A stretch of 64,000 nucleotides of DNA, taken from the NCBI GenBank assembly GCA_048938005.1, contig JBHLMQ010000003.1:109014-173013 (forward strand), written 5' to 3'. The notes under the pieces are model-generated. The model did not search any database, was not told the origin of the DNA, and worked only from the letters and a program-made list of their open reading frames with translations. Source of the DNA: Promethearchaeota archaeon. Lineage in GTDB: Archaea > Asgardarchaeota > Lokiarchaeia > Sigyniarchaeales > SOKP01. This document shows, one piece after another, positions 21,478-32,191 of the stretch. Position 1 is the first letter of the stretch. The number at the start of each line of letters is the position of its first letter. Position numbers and translations under genes: made by a program.

Positions 21478-21650
21478 AGGAAGGGAAGTCTTTAGATAAT
21501 CTGCTGCGTAACATTGGATACATGAATTACGTCCCCTTTTTAGGGTACCGTCGATTCGACACCTGCCAAAATTCGCCCTCTATTAAACTCTTTGAGTTTA
21601 ATTCTCTCCCTGATTTTAAAATTTCCGCGCAGATTTCTTTTCCCTTACCT
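21478..21650 (+). ncRNA. Putative structured non-coding RNA of unknown family
   Basis: Paired ends, long-range helix 21498-21508/21626-21635 and three internal hairpins. GC is raised relative to the flanks, a TTTATA box lies ~25 nt upstream and a T-rich tract follows. Strand is tentative. Confidence 0.5.
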
Positions 21651-21748
21651 TTTCTTTAATTCTTTTGTTAGGGATAATAATCATGATTTTTAGGTGTAAA
21701 ATGCGTCTAATTTTAATTATCGTATTTGGGTTATCACATAAACTAATT

Positions 21749-22555
21749 TTATTTTAAAAGTTCTCTAATATTTATTTTCAAACCATCTTCAGCAGCAATA
21801 ATGTTTTTTATATTTGTGTTTTCTTGAAGTTTTTTTACTTGACTGGGAACAAAATTTTTTGTCATTCGAGGACTATCCATTAATGAACCAAAATGTGTAA
21901 TGATAAGACTCTCAAGAGGGGGGTAAATCTTGTTTAGATATGGGATAACTTCATCAGTACATAAATGCCTTCTACATACTTTTGAGTCTGGTCGCAGAAG
22001 GTTAAGGATTAAAATATTGACACCAGAAAATTCTTCAGAAAAATCATCATATACCATTGTGTCACTTGTAAAAGCTATAGAATAATTTTTAAGGTTAAAT
22101 TTAATGCCAAATCCTTCATTATAAGGTGAATGAACGACTTTAGTACCATTAATTTCTACACCTTTATAATTGAATATATCTCCTGCTTTAAATTTCACTA
22201 TCTCCTCAAGCATGTTAAGATGATAATCTGAAATATACTTAAGAACTTCAATCGTAGTAATTAGTGTGCCTTTTTTATAGTAATTATAATTTCTATCGTG
22301 TAAAATTTCTCTTGAACTTTCAATTATAGCACTTAAATCACTATAATGGTCAACATGAGCATGAGTTACAAAAAAAAGTTCTGTTTTTACCGGATCTTGT
22401 TGAAATTGGTTAATTCTTACAATTGCACCAGGTCCCGGATCTATATGTGATTGAATTCCATTGAATTTGTAAAGAATACCTCCTGTGGCTCTATATTGAG
22501 TTCTAACATGATGCCGTCCACCACCAGAGCCTAATATAACAATTTCATCTTCCAT
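21749..22555 (-). CDS. MBL-fold metallohydrolase (archaeal PhnP/COG1235-like)
   Basis: LGSGGGR, RATGG, IDPGPGA, THAHVDH, TSDT, THFG. Confidence 0.82.
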   Translation of the reverse strand: MEDEIVILGSGGGRHHVRTQYRATGGILYKFNGIQSHIDPGPGAIVRINQFQQDPVKTELFFVTHAHVDHYSDLSAIIESSREILHDRNYNYYKKGTLITTIEVLKYISDYHLNMLEEIVKFKAGDIFNYKGVEINGTKVVHSPYNEGFGIKFNLKNYSIAFTSDTMVYDDFSEEFSGVNILILNLLRPDSKVCRRHLCTDEVIPYLNKIYPPLESLIITHFGSLMDSPRMTKNFVPSQVKKLQENTNIKNIIAAEDGLKINIRELLK

Positions 22556-22583
22556 GATTCCTTTTTAAAAAGATTATTTTGAA

Positions 22584-23102
22584 TCAGTATTTATATGTTT
22601 CAGTTAATTTTTTTATGAGAATATCAAATGTTTTTTCGATATGATAACCTGTTTTTGAAGATGTCTTTATGTAGTCTATCATATTAAATGTATTCTTTAA
22701 ATGAAGAGCACTATCATCATCAACAGCAATTAAATCTTCTAGATCAAATTTTGTTCCTACAAGGAGGATTGGTAAGTTTATATCATGTAATCGAGCAATA
22801 TTTACCCATTCTAATATATCCCTTATAAGAGGCATTCTTGTTAAATCAAATAAGAGAAGCGCTCCCCTTGCGCCCATTACAAAATTTTCAAGAAGATATC
22901 TGAATCGCTCTTGACCCCCTAAATCCCATAATTGTAATAGGCAATGAGCATTATCAAAATCTAGCTCTTTTATGAAGAAGTCTACTCCTACTGTCATTAT
23001 AGTGCTTTCATCAAAAAAGCCATCAACGTATCTTCTTAGAAATGAAGTTTTACCAACTCCACCATTTCCAGTAAGAAGAATTTTGAATATATAGTTTTTC
23101 AT
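22584..23102 (-). CDS. Rab-like small GTPase (no C-terminal prenylation tail)
   Basis: FKILLTGNGGVGKTS, TVGVDF, WDLGGQERFR, GTKFDL, TSSKTG. Confidence 0.9.
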   Translation of the reverse strand: MKNYIFKILLTGNGGVGKTSFLRRYVDGFFDESTIMTVGVDFFIKELDFDNAHCLLQLWDLGGQERFRYLLENFVMGARGALLLFDLTRMPLIRDILEWVNIARLHDINLPILLVGTKFDLEDLIAVDDDSALHLKNTFNMIDYIKTSSKTGYHIEKTFDILIKKLTETYKY

Positions 23103-23187
23103 GTTTGAATGGGTAAACCTATAATATGTGATAAATGTAAAACCACTTATTTATTTTAATGCGTTAAAATTTATCTTAATTGAAATT

Positions 23188-25446
23188 TTAACTAGGATGA
23201 AGTTCTTTCATCAGAATTTCATCAATTTGGTTAAAAATAGGTTTTAATTTTTCATTTAACATATTTTGAATTTTAAATTTACTAAAATCACTTTTAATGT
23301 TTTTAATAAAAGTGTTAATGTTCTGTATTGCCAGTACTTGACCTTTTTTTCCCAGTTCCGCTAATTTCCGATGGTTAGGATTATTGATTTCAAACTTCTG
23401 AATAGGAATGTCGAGTGGAAGCTTAAAGATATGTCTTGAACTCTTCATAATTTTTACTTGATTTGTTATAAGGTGAGAATTTAGGATAGCTGCTAAATAG
23501 AATGCCTCTTCTAGGTTTGCTGTGTCATAGAAAGATAAATCTCCTGTAATCAAGTAATCTCCTTGTATTACAGCGGAATTCAGTATAGAACCAGAATTAT
23601 TGTAAACAACCTTGATTTTTGAAATTTGCCTTTGGTTAATTAACTTAGCCCATCGATTTAAATTTTCCATCAAAGAATTATGTTTTGTTGTTTCCTTTTT
23701 GTATTTAATATATAAATTATTGATTTTATCATAAAATAATTTAGCATGTTTATCCAATTTGTCATATTCAAAGATTAAGTCGGATTTTGAGAGCGGGAGA
23801 AAAACATTATAATAGTTATACACATGAAATTTAACTAACTCGGTGCTTTTAATTACTTTAAATATATATTTTATTTCAATAATATCATCTTTAAATTCTC
23901 TTTTATCCCAAGGTGCTTTAGCTCTTCGAAAAATTCTCTCATCAGGATTGATTTTTACTAACCCCTCGCTAACATTATTAAATCTAACAAATATCAGATT
24001 TCGTGGATTTAAGTCTGCTCCTTTATGAAAAAGTATTTTATAATGGCTTTGTTTAAGTGGTAAGAGATTTTTAAAGCTTTGTTTTGAAATAAGTTTTTTG
24101 ATATATGTTTTTTCTCCTTTTTTTTCAATAGAATAAGGTATTAAGGTGTCTACTTTATCCAATTCCAATTCTATGTCTTCAAAATAATCAATATTCTCCA
24201 TTTCATTCTTTAAAGTAAAATGGTATGATTTAATCTCCTCGTTCGGATTTGCCCCTAAATTTTTTGATTTCTTCCCAAACAAACATATAAAATCGATATT
24301 AAATATTCTCTCGATTTTTTTATCAAAAGTCCAAACTTTAATATCTGAAAATCCTTTAAAATTGCGGAATCTAGATGCATGGGAACCTGTAATAACTCCT
24401 TTTGTGATTACGAAAAAAATTTTAGCGTCTTCTTTCATGAAAGTTTTCTGCGCCTTAACAAAGAATATTGTAGATATTTCTAAATTAAGTAGATTCTTTG
24501 GAAGTGGCTTAATCTCTAATTGTTCTGCTAATTTTTTCATTTTTTCTTGATAATAAACAGATTCTATGTCATGAAATGTATACCACGGAGGATTTCCTAT
24601 TATTAAATCAAATCTCCTATTAAAATTTTTGTCTTTTTGAAATAATGAATCGAACATATATAAATTCAATTTGATAGCAGAGATTTGATCTTTCAATAGA
24701 TACAATAAATTAATTTTTGAAATATAAATTGAAATTGGATTTATATCATAACCATATATCTTGTTTATTGCTGCAAATTTTTCTTCCATAGGTTTATCTT
24801 GGGATAGAATAAATTTTACTACTTCAGTTAGGAAATTTCCTGAACCGCAGCAAGGATCAAGGATAGTTTCCCCAAATGAATAAGAATCTTTAATCATCTG
24901 TTTTACTAAGAATGGAGGAGTATAGAACTCTCCAGATTTATGTCTAATAATTGGGGATAGAATTTTTTGAATAAGATAATCGAAAAAATATTCTGGTGAA
25001 ATCTCTAGGTTAAAAACATAATTAGACACATTTAAAATGAGAAAATAGAAAAAAGTTAGATCTTTTTTTTCAGAAAGAGAAAATAATGGATTAAAATAAT
25101 TAAAATCAAAAATTTTAAGGTCTTTATAATTGGATTTTACATTTTCTTCAACCTTTTTAAAATTTTTTAAGGAAATATTATGGTTCAGTAGAAAATTTTT
25201 ATTGTGCAGAATAAATTTAGAAATAAAGACATACCCAACTAAGTGAATTAAAGCAAAAACAACATATAAGTGTAAATTAATCTGTTTTTTGCCATATATT
25301 CTTTCAAAATCTTTGCGCCATTCTTTAAACTCATTTTTGCTGTAAATTTCATTTCTAATTAATATATTTTCTATTTTTTTTAGATTCTCATTAATAAAAG
25401 TGAATTTAAAATCTATTTTATTATTTGGATTTAGTAGTATTGCCAA
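23188..25446 (-). CDS. N6-adenine DNA methyltransferase with putative target-recognition region
   Basis: GEFYTP, LDPCCGSGNF, GYDINP, IIGNPPW. Confidence 0.85.
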   Translation of the reverse strand: MAILLNPNNKIDFKFTFINENLKKIENILIRNEIYSKNEFKEWRKDFERIYGKKQINLHLYVVFALIHLVGYVFISKFILHNKNFLLNHNISLKNFKKVEENVKSNYKDLKIFDFNYFNPLFSLSEKKDLTFFYFLILNVSNYVFNLEISPEYFFDYLIQKILSPIIRHKSGEFYTPPFLVKQMIKDSYSFGETILDPCCGSGNFLTEVVKFILSQDKPMEEKFAAINKIYGYDINPISIYISKINLLYLLKDQISAIKLNLYMFDSLFQKDKNFNRRFDLIIGNPPWYTFHDIESVYYQEKMKKLAEQLEIKPLPKNLLNLEISTIFFVKAQKTFMKEDAKIFFVITKGVITGSHASRFRNFKGFSDIKVWTFDKKIERIFNIDFICLFGKKSKNLGANPNEEIKSYHFTLKNEMENIDYFEDIELELDKVDTLIPYSIEKKGEKTYIKKLISKQSFKNLLPLKQSHYKILFHKGADLNPRNLIFVRFNNVSEGLVKINPDERIFRRAKAPWDKREFKDDIIEIKYIFKVIKSTELVKFHVYNYYNVFLPLSKSDLIFEYDKLDKHAKLFYDKINNLYIKYKKETTKHNSLMENLNRWAKLINQRQISKIKVVYNNSGSILNSAVIQGDYLITGDLSFYDTANLEEAFYLAAILNSHLITNQVKIMKSSRHIFKLPLDIPIQKFEINNPNHRKLAELGKKGQVLAIQNINTFIKNIKSDFSKFKIQNMLNEKLKPIFNQIDEILMKELHPS

Positions 25447-25562
25447 AAATTCATACTCCTTTTTCTTTATAGCCTATCATAATCAATGAATTAATATTTA
25501 AATATTAATTAAATATTTGTATATTAGTTATTAATCTAAAAATTAAGAGAATTTTTCTAGTT

Positions 25563-26159
25563 TTGACCATAACAGAGATTAAGATCTCTTCGATTCTTGA
25601 AAATGGGATTGAATTTTCCTGCCAAATGTGCGGTAAGTGCTGTAAGGGGTTCAACGAAGGAGAAGTTTATTTATATAAAGATGATATTCTTAGACTAACT
25701 AAATTTTTAAATTTTAAAGGAAAGAATGGATTAAGAAAATTCGCTGAAAAATATTTAAAAGTTATTAATGACTCTTTTTTCTGGAAAGATCCAGGAGCAC
25801 AGAGAGGAAAAACATACCGTTTTAAAACACTTGGATTCAAATTTACAGGAGAGGATGAGCATTGTCATTTTCTAAAAAATAACAAATGTAGTGTTCATGT
25901 AGCCCGTCCCTTCCAATGTAGATCATTTCCCTTTTGGCAAATGATGGTGTCAAATAGAAAAAATTTTGAAGACTATACAAAAAAATGCAAAGGTTTACAG
26001 GTTTTAAAGGGTAAATATTATTCAAGGGATGACATATTAAATTGGGCGAAAGCAGAATACGAAATCGAGAAGAAATACTTTTTAGAAATGAAGAAAAACA
26101 ATTTTGACATTTTTAAAGTATACCCTTTTCTATCAAAAAAAATGCTTCAGAATAGTTAA
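25563..26159 (+). CDS. YkgJ-family cysteine-cluster protein
   Basis: CQMCGKCC, CHFL...CSVHVARPFQCRSFPFW, C. Confidence 0.85.
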   Translation: MTITEIKISSILENGIEFSCQMCGKCCKGFNEGEVYLYKDDILRLTKFLNFKGKNGLRKFAEKYLKVINDSFFWKDPGAQRGKTYRFKTLGFKFTGEDEHCHFLKNNKCSVHVARPFQCRSFPFWQMMVSNRKNFEDYTKKCKGLQVLKGKYYSRDDILNWAKAEYEIEKKYFLEMKKNNFDIFKVYPFLSKKMLQNS

Positions 26160-26307
26160 AAATATAGAAAAACTGACCTTCTCATTAATTTATGTTTTTA
26201 TTTAAATAATTAAATAAAAAACTTAACCAACTGATTCTATTGGTTAATTCAATTAAAATAAAAAAAAAAATAGTTTAATGTTTTATTTAAAACGTCTAAT
26301 TATTTTA

Positions 26308-27000
26308 TTAAAAGTCAAGCAGTCGCAAAATGAACGCAATTAATAAGACTTGACCTCCCCAACTTCCCCAATAATTAACAAGGGGGATACCCAATGCAAA
26401 AGCAACAGAGGCGGAATATAAAGAAATCCATGCAAAGAACATAAATCCAATTATTAAGAGAACCCACCATTCATAAGGTATCTTAATATCAACAAAATCA
26501 AAGATTAATATTATCAAAATTATACATAAGATTAATCCAAAAAGACCTGCTAAGAAATAGTCAGTATCCCAGCCAAATGAAAGGGCGTAAAATAGTAAAA
26601 TGCATTCATATATACCAAGAGCTGCACCTAGGAGTGCCATCATCTTATTTGCTTTCCATCCTTTCTTTCCACCGAAAAACTCAACTAACCCTGCCATTAT
26701 TGCGAGTGTTCCCGCCCAATATGACATAAAACTACCAAGATATCCAAAAATCAGAGTGACTGCACCAAGGATTACTAATAACCACCAGTAAAATGGAACT
26801 TTAATTGGTATCAAGTCCCACAATGCTAAACCCAAAAAGACATATAAAGCAAATACCAGTTCTAATATTCCGTAAAGAATTAGTAACTCTGTACCGGGAC
26901 CAACCGCCATGAAGTACATAACAGAATCAAAAAACCAGAATAGTACTGCTGACAAGGCAAGTATTACCATTCCAGATAATTCTCTTTTTTCTTCACCCAT
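26308..27000 (-). CDS. Polytopic membrane protein with internal duplication
   Basis: Two similar halves: DLIPIKVPFYWWLLVILG and DFVDIKIPYEWWVLLIIG. Confidence 0.7.
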   Translation of the reverse strand: MGEEKRELSGMVILALSAVLFWFFDSVMYFMAVGPGTELLILYGILELVFALYVFLGLALWDLIPIKVPFYWWLLVILGAVTLIFGYLGSFMSYWAGTLAIMAGLVEFFGGKKGWKANKMMALLGAALGIYECILLFYALSFGWDTDYFLAGLFGLILCIILIILIFDFVDIKIPYEWWVLLIIGFMFFAWISLYSASVAFALGIPLVNYWGSWGGQVLLIAFILRLLDF

Positions 27001-27367
27001 ATAAGAACACTTCTTTTTTTTTTAAATGTTTTTCAATTTTTTTTTCCAAATTGGAATTAGTTTAAAGTTATACTCCCCAGTTTAAAAAATTTTTCCTATT
27101 TTTTATTAGAAGCTTAATAGCATAATATTCCTTAAAATGAAAAATAAAATGAAATTTATATATAAATTTTAATTTTAAAATATCCCAGTTTTATCCCTAG
27201 AAAATTGTGTAGAGGAAAAAGAAGTTGAGACTGTTATTTCATTAGTTTTGTATATATGTCTAATTTATATTTTAATTTAAAATACTAATATCTTATTTCT
27301 AAAAATAATCTCAACAATTATTAAAAAATTGACCTTATATTAATTAAAGAATAAAGACGAATTCTTT

Positions 27368-29776
27368 TTGGTTAGTGGTTTAAAATTGAAAATTGGTCTA
27401 TTTTTATGTGATTGTGGAAAGAATATAAGTGGTGTAATCGATAACGAGAAATTAATTAAACATTTTGAGTCATATTCTGATTTATATGTGTTTAGAGACC
27501 AATATCTCTGTTCTGAATTAGGTTTAAACAAGATTATTGACGAAATAAAAGAAAAAAAGGTTGATCGAGTTGTTATTGCTGCTTGTTCATTTAAATTACA
27601 TGGATTGTTATTTCGAAAAACTATTGAAAAAGCAGGAATCAACCGATTCTTGATATCATTCGCTAACGTACGAGAACAGAATTCATGGGTTCATTATGAT
27701 GAGCCAGAAAAAGCAACAAGAAAAGCAATAGATCAAATTAATATGGCAATAGAACAAGTTAAGCTTTTAGAACCATTAGACATTCAATATTCTAATATAA
27801 CTCCCTCGGCGCTAATTATAGGGGGAGGAATAGCGGGAATAAAAGCTGCTTTAGCAATCGCAGATACCGGTCATAAAGTATATTTAGTTGAGAAGGAACC
27901 TACAATTGGAGGTCATATGGCTCTATTTGATAAAACATTTCCAACCCTAGATTGTTCAATTTGCATACTTGGGCCCTTGATGACGGAAGTTAAAGATCAC
28001 CCTAATATTGAATTATACACTTATTCAACCGTGGAGAACGTTGACGGATTTATTGGAAATTTTGATATAACAATTAAGAAAAACCCTCGATTCATAATAG
28101 AAGAAGATTGTGTGGGGTGTTTTGATATATGTAGAGATGTATGTCCTATAGATATTGAAGATACGTTTTTTCCAAGAAAAGCTATAGATGTTCCTTATCC
28201 TCAAGCAATACCTTTATTTCCAAATATATTAGAAGAATATTGTGTTGGCTGTAAAGCCTGTGCTCAAGCTTGCGATAGAGATGCTATTGATTTTGATCAA
28301 AAACCAGAAATTATTAACATTAAAGTAGGATCAATTATAGTTGCGACTGGCCTTAAGCCGTTTGATCCATCTATTTTAGGGGAATACGGTTATGAAAAAT
28401 ACGCGGATGTCATAACAACGATGCAGATGGAGAGATTATTTAATAGCGATGGTCCAACCCATGGAAGAGTTGTAAGACCTTCTAATGGACAGCCTCCTAA
28501 AAAAGTATCTTTTGTTTTATGTGTTGGGTCCCGGAATAAAAAAATTCATCGGGAGTATTGTAGTCAAGTATGTTGTAATGTAGCGATTAAACAAGCGGTC
28601 TTACTAAAAAAAGAAAATCCTTATGTAAACATTAATATTTATTATACTGATATTAGAGCAATAAGTAAAAATTGTGAAGAATTTTACAATAGAGCCCGTG
28701 AAACTTTTGGTGTTCGCTTTATAAAAAGTAATATTTCAGCAATTCTAAAAAGTGATACTTCAGATGAGTTAATCCTTCGTGGTGAAGATGTTATCGAAGA
28801 TGCTCTTTTCGAAAATAAGACAGATTTAGTGGTATTAGCTGTAGGCATAGATCCTGCAGAAGGAACAGATGAGTTAAGTAAGATTTTAAATATATCTCAA
28901 GATCCTAATGGTTTTTTATTAGAAAAACATTTAAAAGTCAAACCCTCTGAAACGCTTGTAAGTGGGATATATTTAGCAGGAGCAATTCAAGCACCTAAAG
29001 ATATACCTAATAGCATTGCTCAAGCAGAGAGCGCCGCAGCCAAAGCAATAGCATTAATTACACGTGGTAAAGTAGAGTTGGACCCACATATTATTTATTT
29101 TAATAAGGAAAAATGTGATTTATGCAGATTATGTGAAAATATATGTGAATTTAATGCTTTAAAAATCGAAGATAATCAGTTGAAAATTACTCAAGCCAAT
29201 TGTTCGGGATGCGGCGCTTGTGCAGCGATGTGTCCTTATGATGCACTTTTTATCCCAGGGTTTCAAAAAGCACAAATTTCTGTACAATTAAAATCTGTTC
29301 TTAGTGAGAAGAAAGAATCTCCGTTGATAGTAGCATTTTTGTGTAATTGGTGTTCTTATGTAGGTGCTGATCTTGCAGGAACAAGTAAAATAATTTATCC
29401 TACAAACGTTAGAACAATTCATGTTATGTGTACTGCAATGCTTAATCCGTCTTTAGTATTTGAAAGTTTCTTCTATGGCGCTGATGGGGTATTAATTGCT
29501 GGCTGTCATCCTCAAGATTGTCATTATGAAATGGGATTCACCAAAGCAGAAACAAGATATGAGAGTATAAAAGAAATGTTAGCTGAAGCGAATATAAATG
29601 AAAATCGTATTAAAATTGTTAGTATATCGGCTGGAGAAGGAGAAAAATTTGCTAAAACAATAGAACAATTTAAAGAAGAATTAACTAATTTAGGTCCAAT
29701 TCGACCAGGTGAATATCTAAAACCTCCAACAACAAAAGAACAATTAAAATATAAAGCAAAATTAGACGAAATTTAA
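27368..29776 (+). CDS. hdrA: Heterodisulfide reductase subunit A fused to MvhD/FlpD
   Basis: CDCGKNI, AACS, ANVREQNSWVH, GGGIAG, DKTFPTLDCSIC, CVGSR, YCSQVCC, ferredoxin motifs; C-terminal FLCNWCSY...GADGVLIAGCH..DCHY. Confidence 0.92.
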   Translation: MVSGLKLKIGLFLCDCGKNISGVIDNEKLIKHFESYSDLYVFRDQYLCSELGLNKIIDEIKEKKVDRVVIAACSFKLHGLLFRKTIEKAGINRFLISFANVREQNSWVHYDEPEKATRKAIDQINMAIEQVKLLEPLDIQYSNITPSALIIGGGIAGIKAALAIADTGHKVYLVEKEPTIGGHMALFDKTFPTLDCSICILGPLMTEVKDHPNIELYTYSTVENVDGFIGNFDITIKKNPRFIIEEDCVGCFDICRDVCPIDIEDTFFPRKAIDVPYPQAIPLFPNILEEYCVGCKACAQACDRDAIDFDQKPEIINIKVGSIIVATGLKPFDPSILGEYGYEKYADVITTMQMERLFNSDGPTHGRVVRPSNGQPPKKVSFVLCVGSRNKKIHREYCSQVCCNVAIKQAVLLKKENPYVNINIYYTDIRAISKNCEEFYNRARETFGVRFIKSNISAILKSDTSDELILRGEDVIEDALFENKTDLVVLAVGIDPAEGTDELSKILNISQDPNGFLLEKHLKVKPSETLVSGIYLAGAIQAPKDIPNSIAQAESAAAKAIALITRGKVELDPHIIYFNKEKCDLCRLCENICEFNALKIEDNQLKITQANCSGCGACAAMCPYDALFIPGFQKAQISVQLKSVLSEKKESPLIVAFLCNWCSYVGADLAGTSKIIYPTNVRTIHVMCTAMLNPSLVFESFFYGADGVLIAGCHPQDCHYEMGFTKAETRYESIKEMLAEANINENRIKIVSISAGEGEKFAKTIEQFKEELTNLGPIRPGEYLKPPTTKEQLKYKAKLDEI

Positions 29777-29921
29777 AAATTTATAAATAAATATTATTTT
29801 CTTTAAGATCAAATGTTAATTTTTTATTGCTAACTCTCTTATAAACATTATTAAGAGATTTTTTTTATTATATTATAGGATGCGAATTTTAATTTTAAAA
29901 TAATAATTTAATGAGTTAAAT

Positions 29922-31211
29922 ATGAAAGTTCGTGCAATTACAATTGGGCAGATAATTCCTTTTTTACTTAAAAATGAATCTATCTTATCGTTTTTACAAA
30001 ATAAACTTGCCTCTTTTTCTGAATTTAACGGTGTAATGATAGATTCTTTGAAAGAAATAGACATTCCTGTACAAACTACTCGAATATGCTCACAACCACT
30101 TTTCAGCTACGATAATAAATTATTTTATGAAAAAAACTTGAAAGAGACATTAATAGATATAAGTAAGCAATTGAGTTTTTTGCAAGACATATTTAAAGAT
30201 TATGGATTTGATTACTTTGCTTGTTGCATGATGTTAGCAAATCAAATTCAAGAATTGGGAATTTTTGAGAAGTTGTTATTAAATGAAGTTCCTAAATTTA
30301 TTAAAAATAATAGGATGTTTTTCACGTCTTTACCTGTAGCATCTAATGAAAATGGTATTAATATTCCCGCTTTAAAATCGGGAGCAAAGATAATAAAGGA
30401 ATTATCTGACCCAGATCCTTTTAATAACCTACAATTTTGTGTGTCCGCTAACGTAGGCCCAAATATTCCTTTCTTTCCTGCTGCATATCATTTTGCAGAA
30501 AAACCAGGTTTTTCCCTAGCTTTAGAAATGGCGGATGAGGTAATAAACGTCGTCCAACAATCAAAGACATTGAAAGACGCTCAGCTAAACCTATTAGCAA
30601 AATTTAATGAAATTTATGATGATTTAACAAAAATTGCTGAGAAAGCCAGTAGGAATTATGATATTGAATTTAAAGGAATTGATTTTTCCCCTGCTTCTTA
30701 TCCCGAGATTGATAAGAGTATTGGAACCGCTATAGAAAAATTAGGATTTGAATATTTTGGAGCTAATGGAACATTAACGGGTGTTGCTTTAATTAAGAGT
30801 TCTATCCCCGCAAATAAAGAGAAAGTAATAGGTTTTTCAGGTTTTATGCAACCTGTTTTAGAAGATTTTATTTTGTCAAAAAGATTGTCTGAGAATAAAT
30901 TCAATTTAGATTCACTCTTATTGTATTCTACTATGTGTGGAGCAGGACTCGATGTAGTTCCCCTTCCTGGCGATATTACAGAAAAAGAATTATTTTACAT
31001 CCTACTCGATATATGTACTATTTCCGTTACATTAGATAAGCCTTTAACTTGTAGACTTATGCCCATCCCAGGAAAAAGCTCGGGTGATGATGTTGAGTTT
31101 GATTTTGAATATTTTGCACCTTCTAAGATAATTGACTTTAGAAGATTGGTTACCGACAATAAGAATGATATATTCAATCGAAATGAGAGAAATTTGAAAT
31201 TTCTTGAATAA
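29922..31211 (+). CDS. DUF711-family protein
   Basis: MKVRAITIG, PFFPAAYH, GFSGFMQPVLED, STMCGAGLDVVPLPG, RLMPIPG. Confidence 0.75.
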   Translation: MKVRAITIGQIIPFLLKNESILSFLQNKLASFSEFNGVMIDSLKEIDIPVQTTRICSQPLFSYDNKLFYEKNLKETLIDISKQLSFLQDIFKDYGFDYFACCMMLANQIQELGIFEKLLLNEVPKFIKNNRMFFTSLPVASNENGINIPALKSGAKIIKELSDPDPFNNLQFCVSANVGPNIPFFPAAYHFAEKPGFSLALEMADEVINVVQQSKTLKDAQLNLLAKFNEIYDDLTKIAEKASRNYDIEFKGIDFSPASYPEIDKSIGTAIEKLGFEYFGANGTLTGVALIKSSIPANKEKVIGFSGFMQPVLEDFILSKRLSENKFNLDSLLLYSTMCGAGLDVVPLPGDITEKELFYILLDICTISVTLDKPLTCRLMPIPGKSSGDDVEFDFEYFAPSKIIDFRRLVTDNKNDIFNRNERNLKFLE

Positions 31212-31241
31212 AATTTTTTAGAGAGAGTATCTAATTATTTT

Positions 31242-31730
31242 TTGATAAATTCTAAAAATTATTTATTTATTTCCTATATGAGAGAGAAAAAAAAAGAGAA
31301 AACATTACGCTTCTTTAATGAAGCGGCTGAATACATTGATAAATATGACACTCAAGACATCTTAATAGAAGAAGCTACAACTCCTTTAAATACAAGTAAC
31401 CCTAACTCGAATTTTTTAAGAGATGAAATGCTAAATGAATTAAATAATCTGAGTAATATCATTAGGGATAACCCAGATTTAAAAATTGAGAAGTTATCAG
31501 AAGAAGAAAAAGAAATTTTTTATGACTTTATTAAATTTTATAGGATATGTCCATTATGCGGGAATCCAAATCACTTTTTTAATTTAAAAAAAATATTTTT
31601 TGATGAGAATAAAAAACTCCTAATAGAGCAATTAATTCGATTAATGACATTAAAAAATAGTAAATTAAAAAAATATCATCTAAATTTAGGAGTTCCATGT
31701 TGTAAATGTTATAAAAGTTTAATCGAATAG
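31242..31730 (+). CDS. Hypothetical protein with zinc-binding motifs
   Basis: CPLCG..NH and PCCKC; the true start may be ATG 31278. Confidence 0.65.
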   Translation: MINSKNYLFISYMREKKKEKTLRFFNEAAEYIDKYDTQDILIEEATTPLNTSNPNSNFLRDEMLNELNNLSNIIRDNPDLKIEKLSEEEKEIFYDFIKFYRICPLCGNPNHFFNLKKIFFDENKKLLIEQLIRLMTLKNSKLKKYHLNLGVPCCKCYKSLIE

Positions 31731-31746
31731 CAAAATCAAACTTTTT

Positions 31747-32133
31747 TTACTTAAAATATTCAATTACCTTCCCACCCTGAGTAATCTCATAAAAAATTTC
31801 ATCGGTTTTTTCATCCTTTATAGATTGAATACAAAAAGCTTTGATTAAAAAATCCATGTGATAATTAAACATGGACTCATCTTCAATAATTTTATTATCA
31901 AGAAGCTTTCTTATCAAATCTTTTTTTGAAATCCGTTTTAATTTATTCGCTATTTCCAAAATTTCTCGTCTTATAGGGTTATTTACCGCTTTCAGATATC
32001 GGTCATGTAAATATTTAGTACCTTCAACAGATTTGCTATACTCTTCCATTGTCTTATAATTCTTGAAATCGAACTCATCAGGCATATGAAAGGAAAAGAA
32101 TAATAAAAGAAAAAGCTTGTCTTTTTGGCTCAA
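31747..32133 (-). CDS. ArsR-like winged-helix protein
   Basis: KAVNNPIRREIL, FNYHMDFL, YEITQGG; the true start is probably MPDEF further downstream. Confidence 0.7.
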   Translation of the reverse strand: MSQKDKLFLLLFFSFHMPDEFDFKNYKTMEEYSKSVEGTKYLHDRYLKAVNNPIRREILEIANKLKRISKKDLIRKLLDNKIIEDESMFNYHMDFLIKAFCIQSIKDEKTDEIFYEITQGGKVIEYFK

Positions 32134-32191
32134 GCTAAATTAAAACTTTATATGTTATTTTATAGGAATCCTTATTAACAAATTAAATAAT

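Noticed and set aside
21540-21570. tRNA or tmRNA fragment (GATTCGAC...GCCA)
   Set aside because: No 5-bp T-stem or acceptor stem can be formed on either strand.
27368-29776. Selenocysteine recoding in HdrA/MvhD, known in some Lokiarchaeia
   Set aside because: The ORF is uninterrupted with Cys at the relevant motifs (DCSIC, CNWC, DCHY); there is no in-frame TGA.
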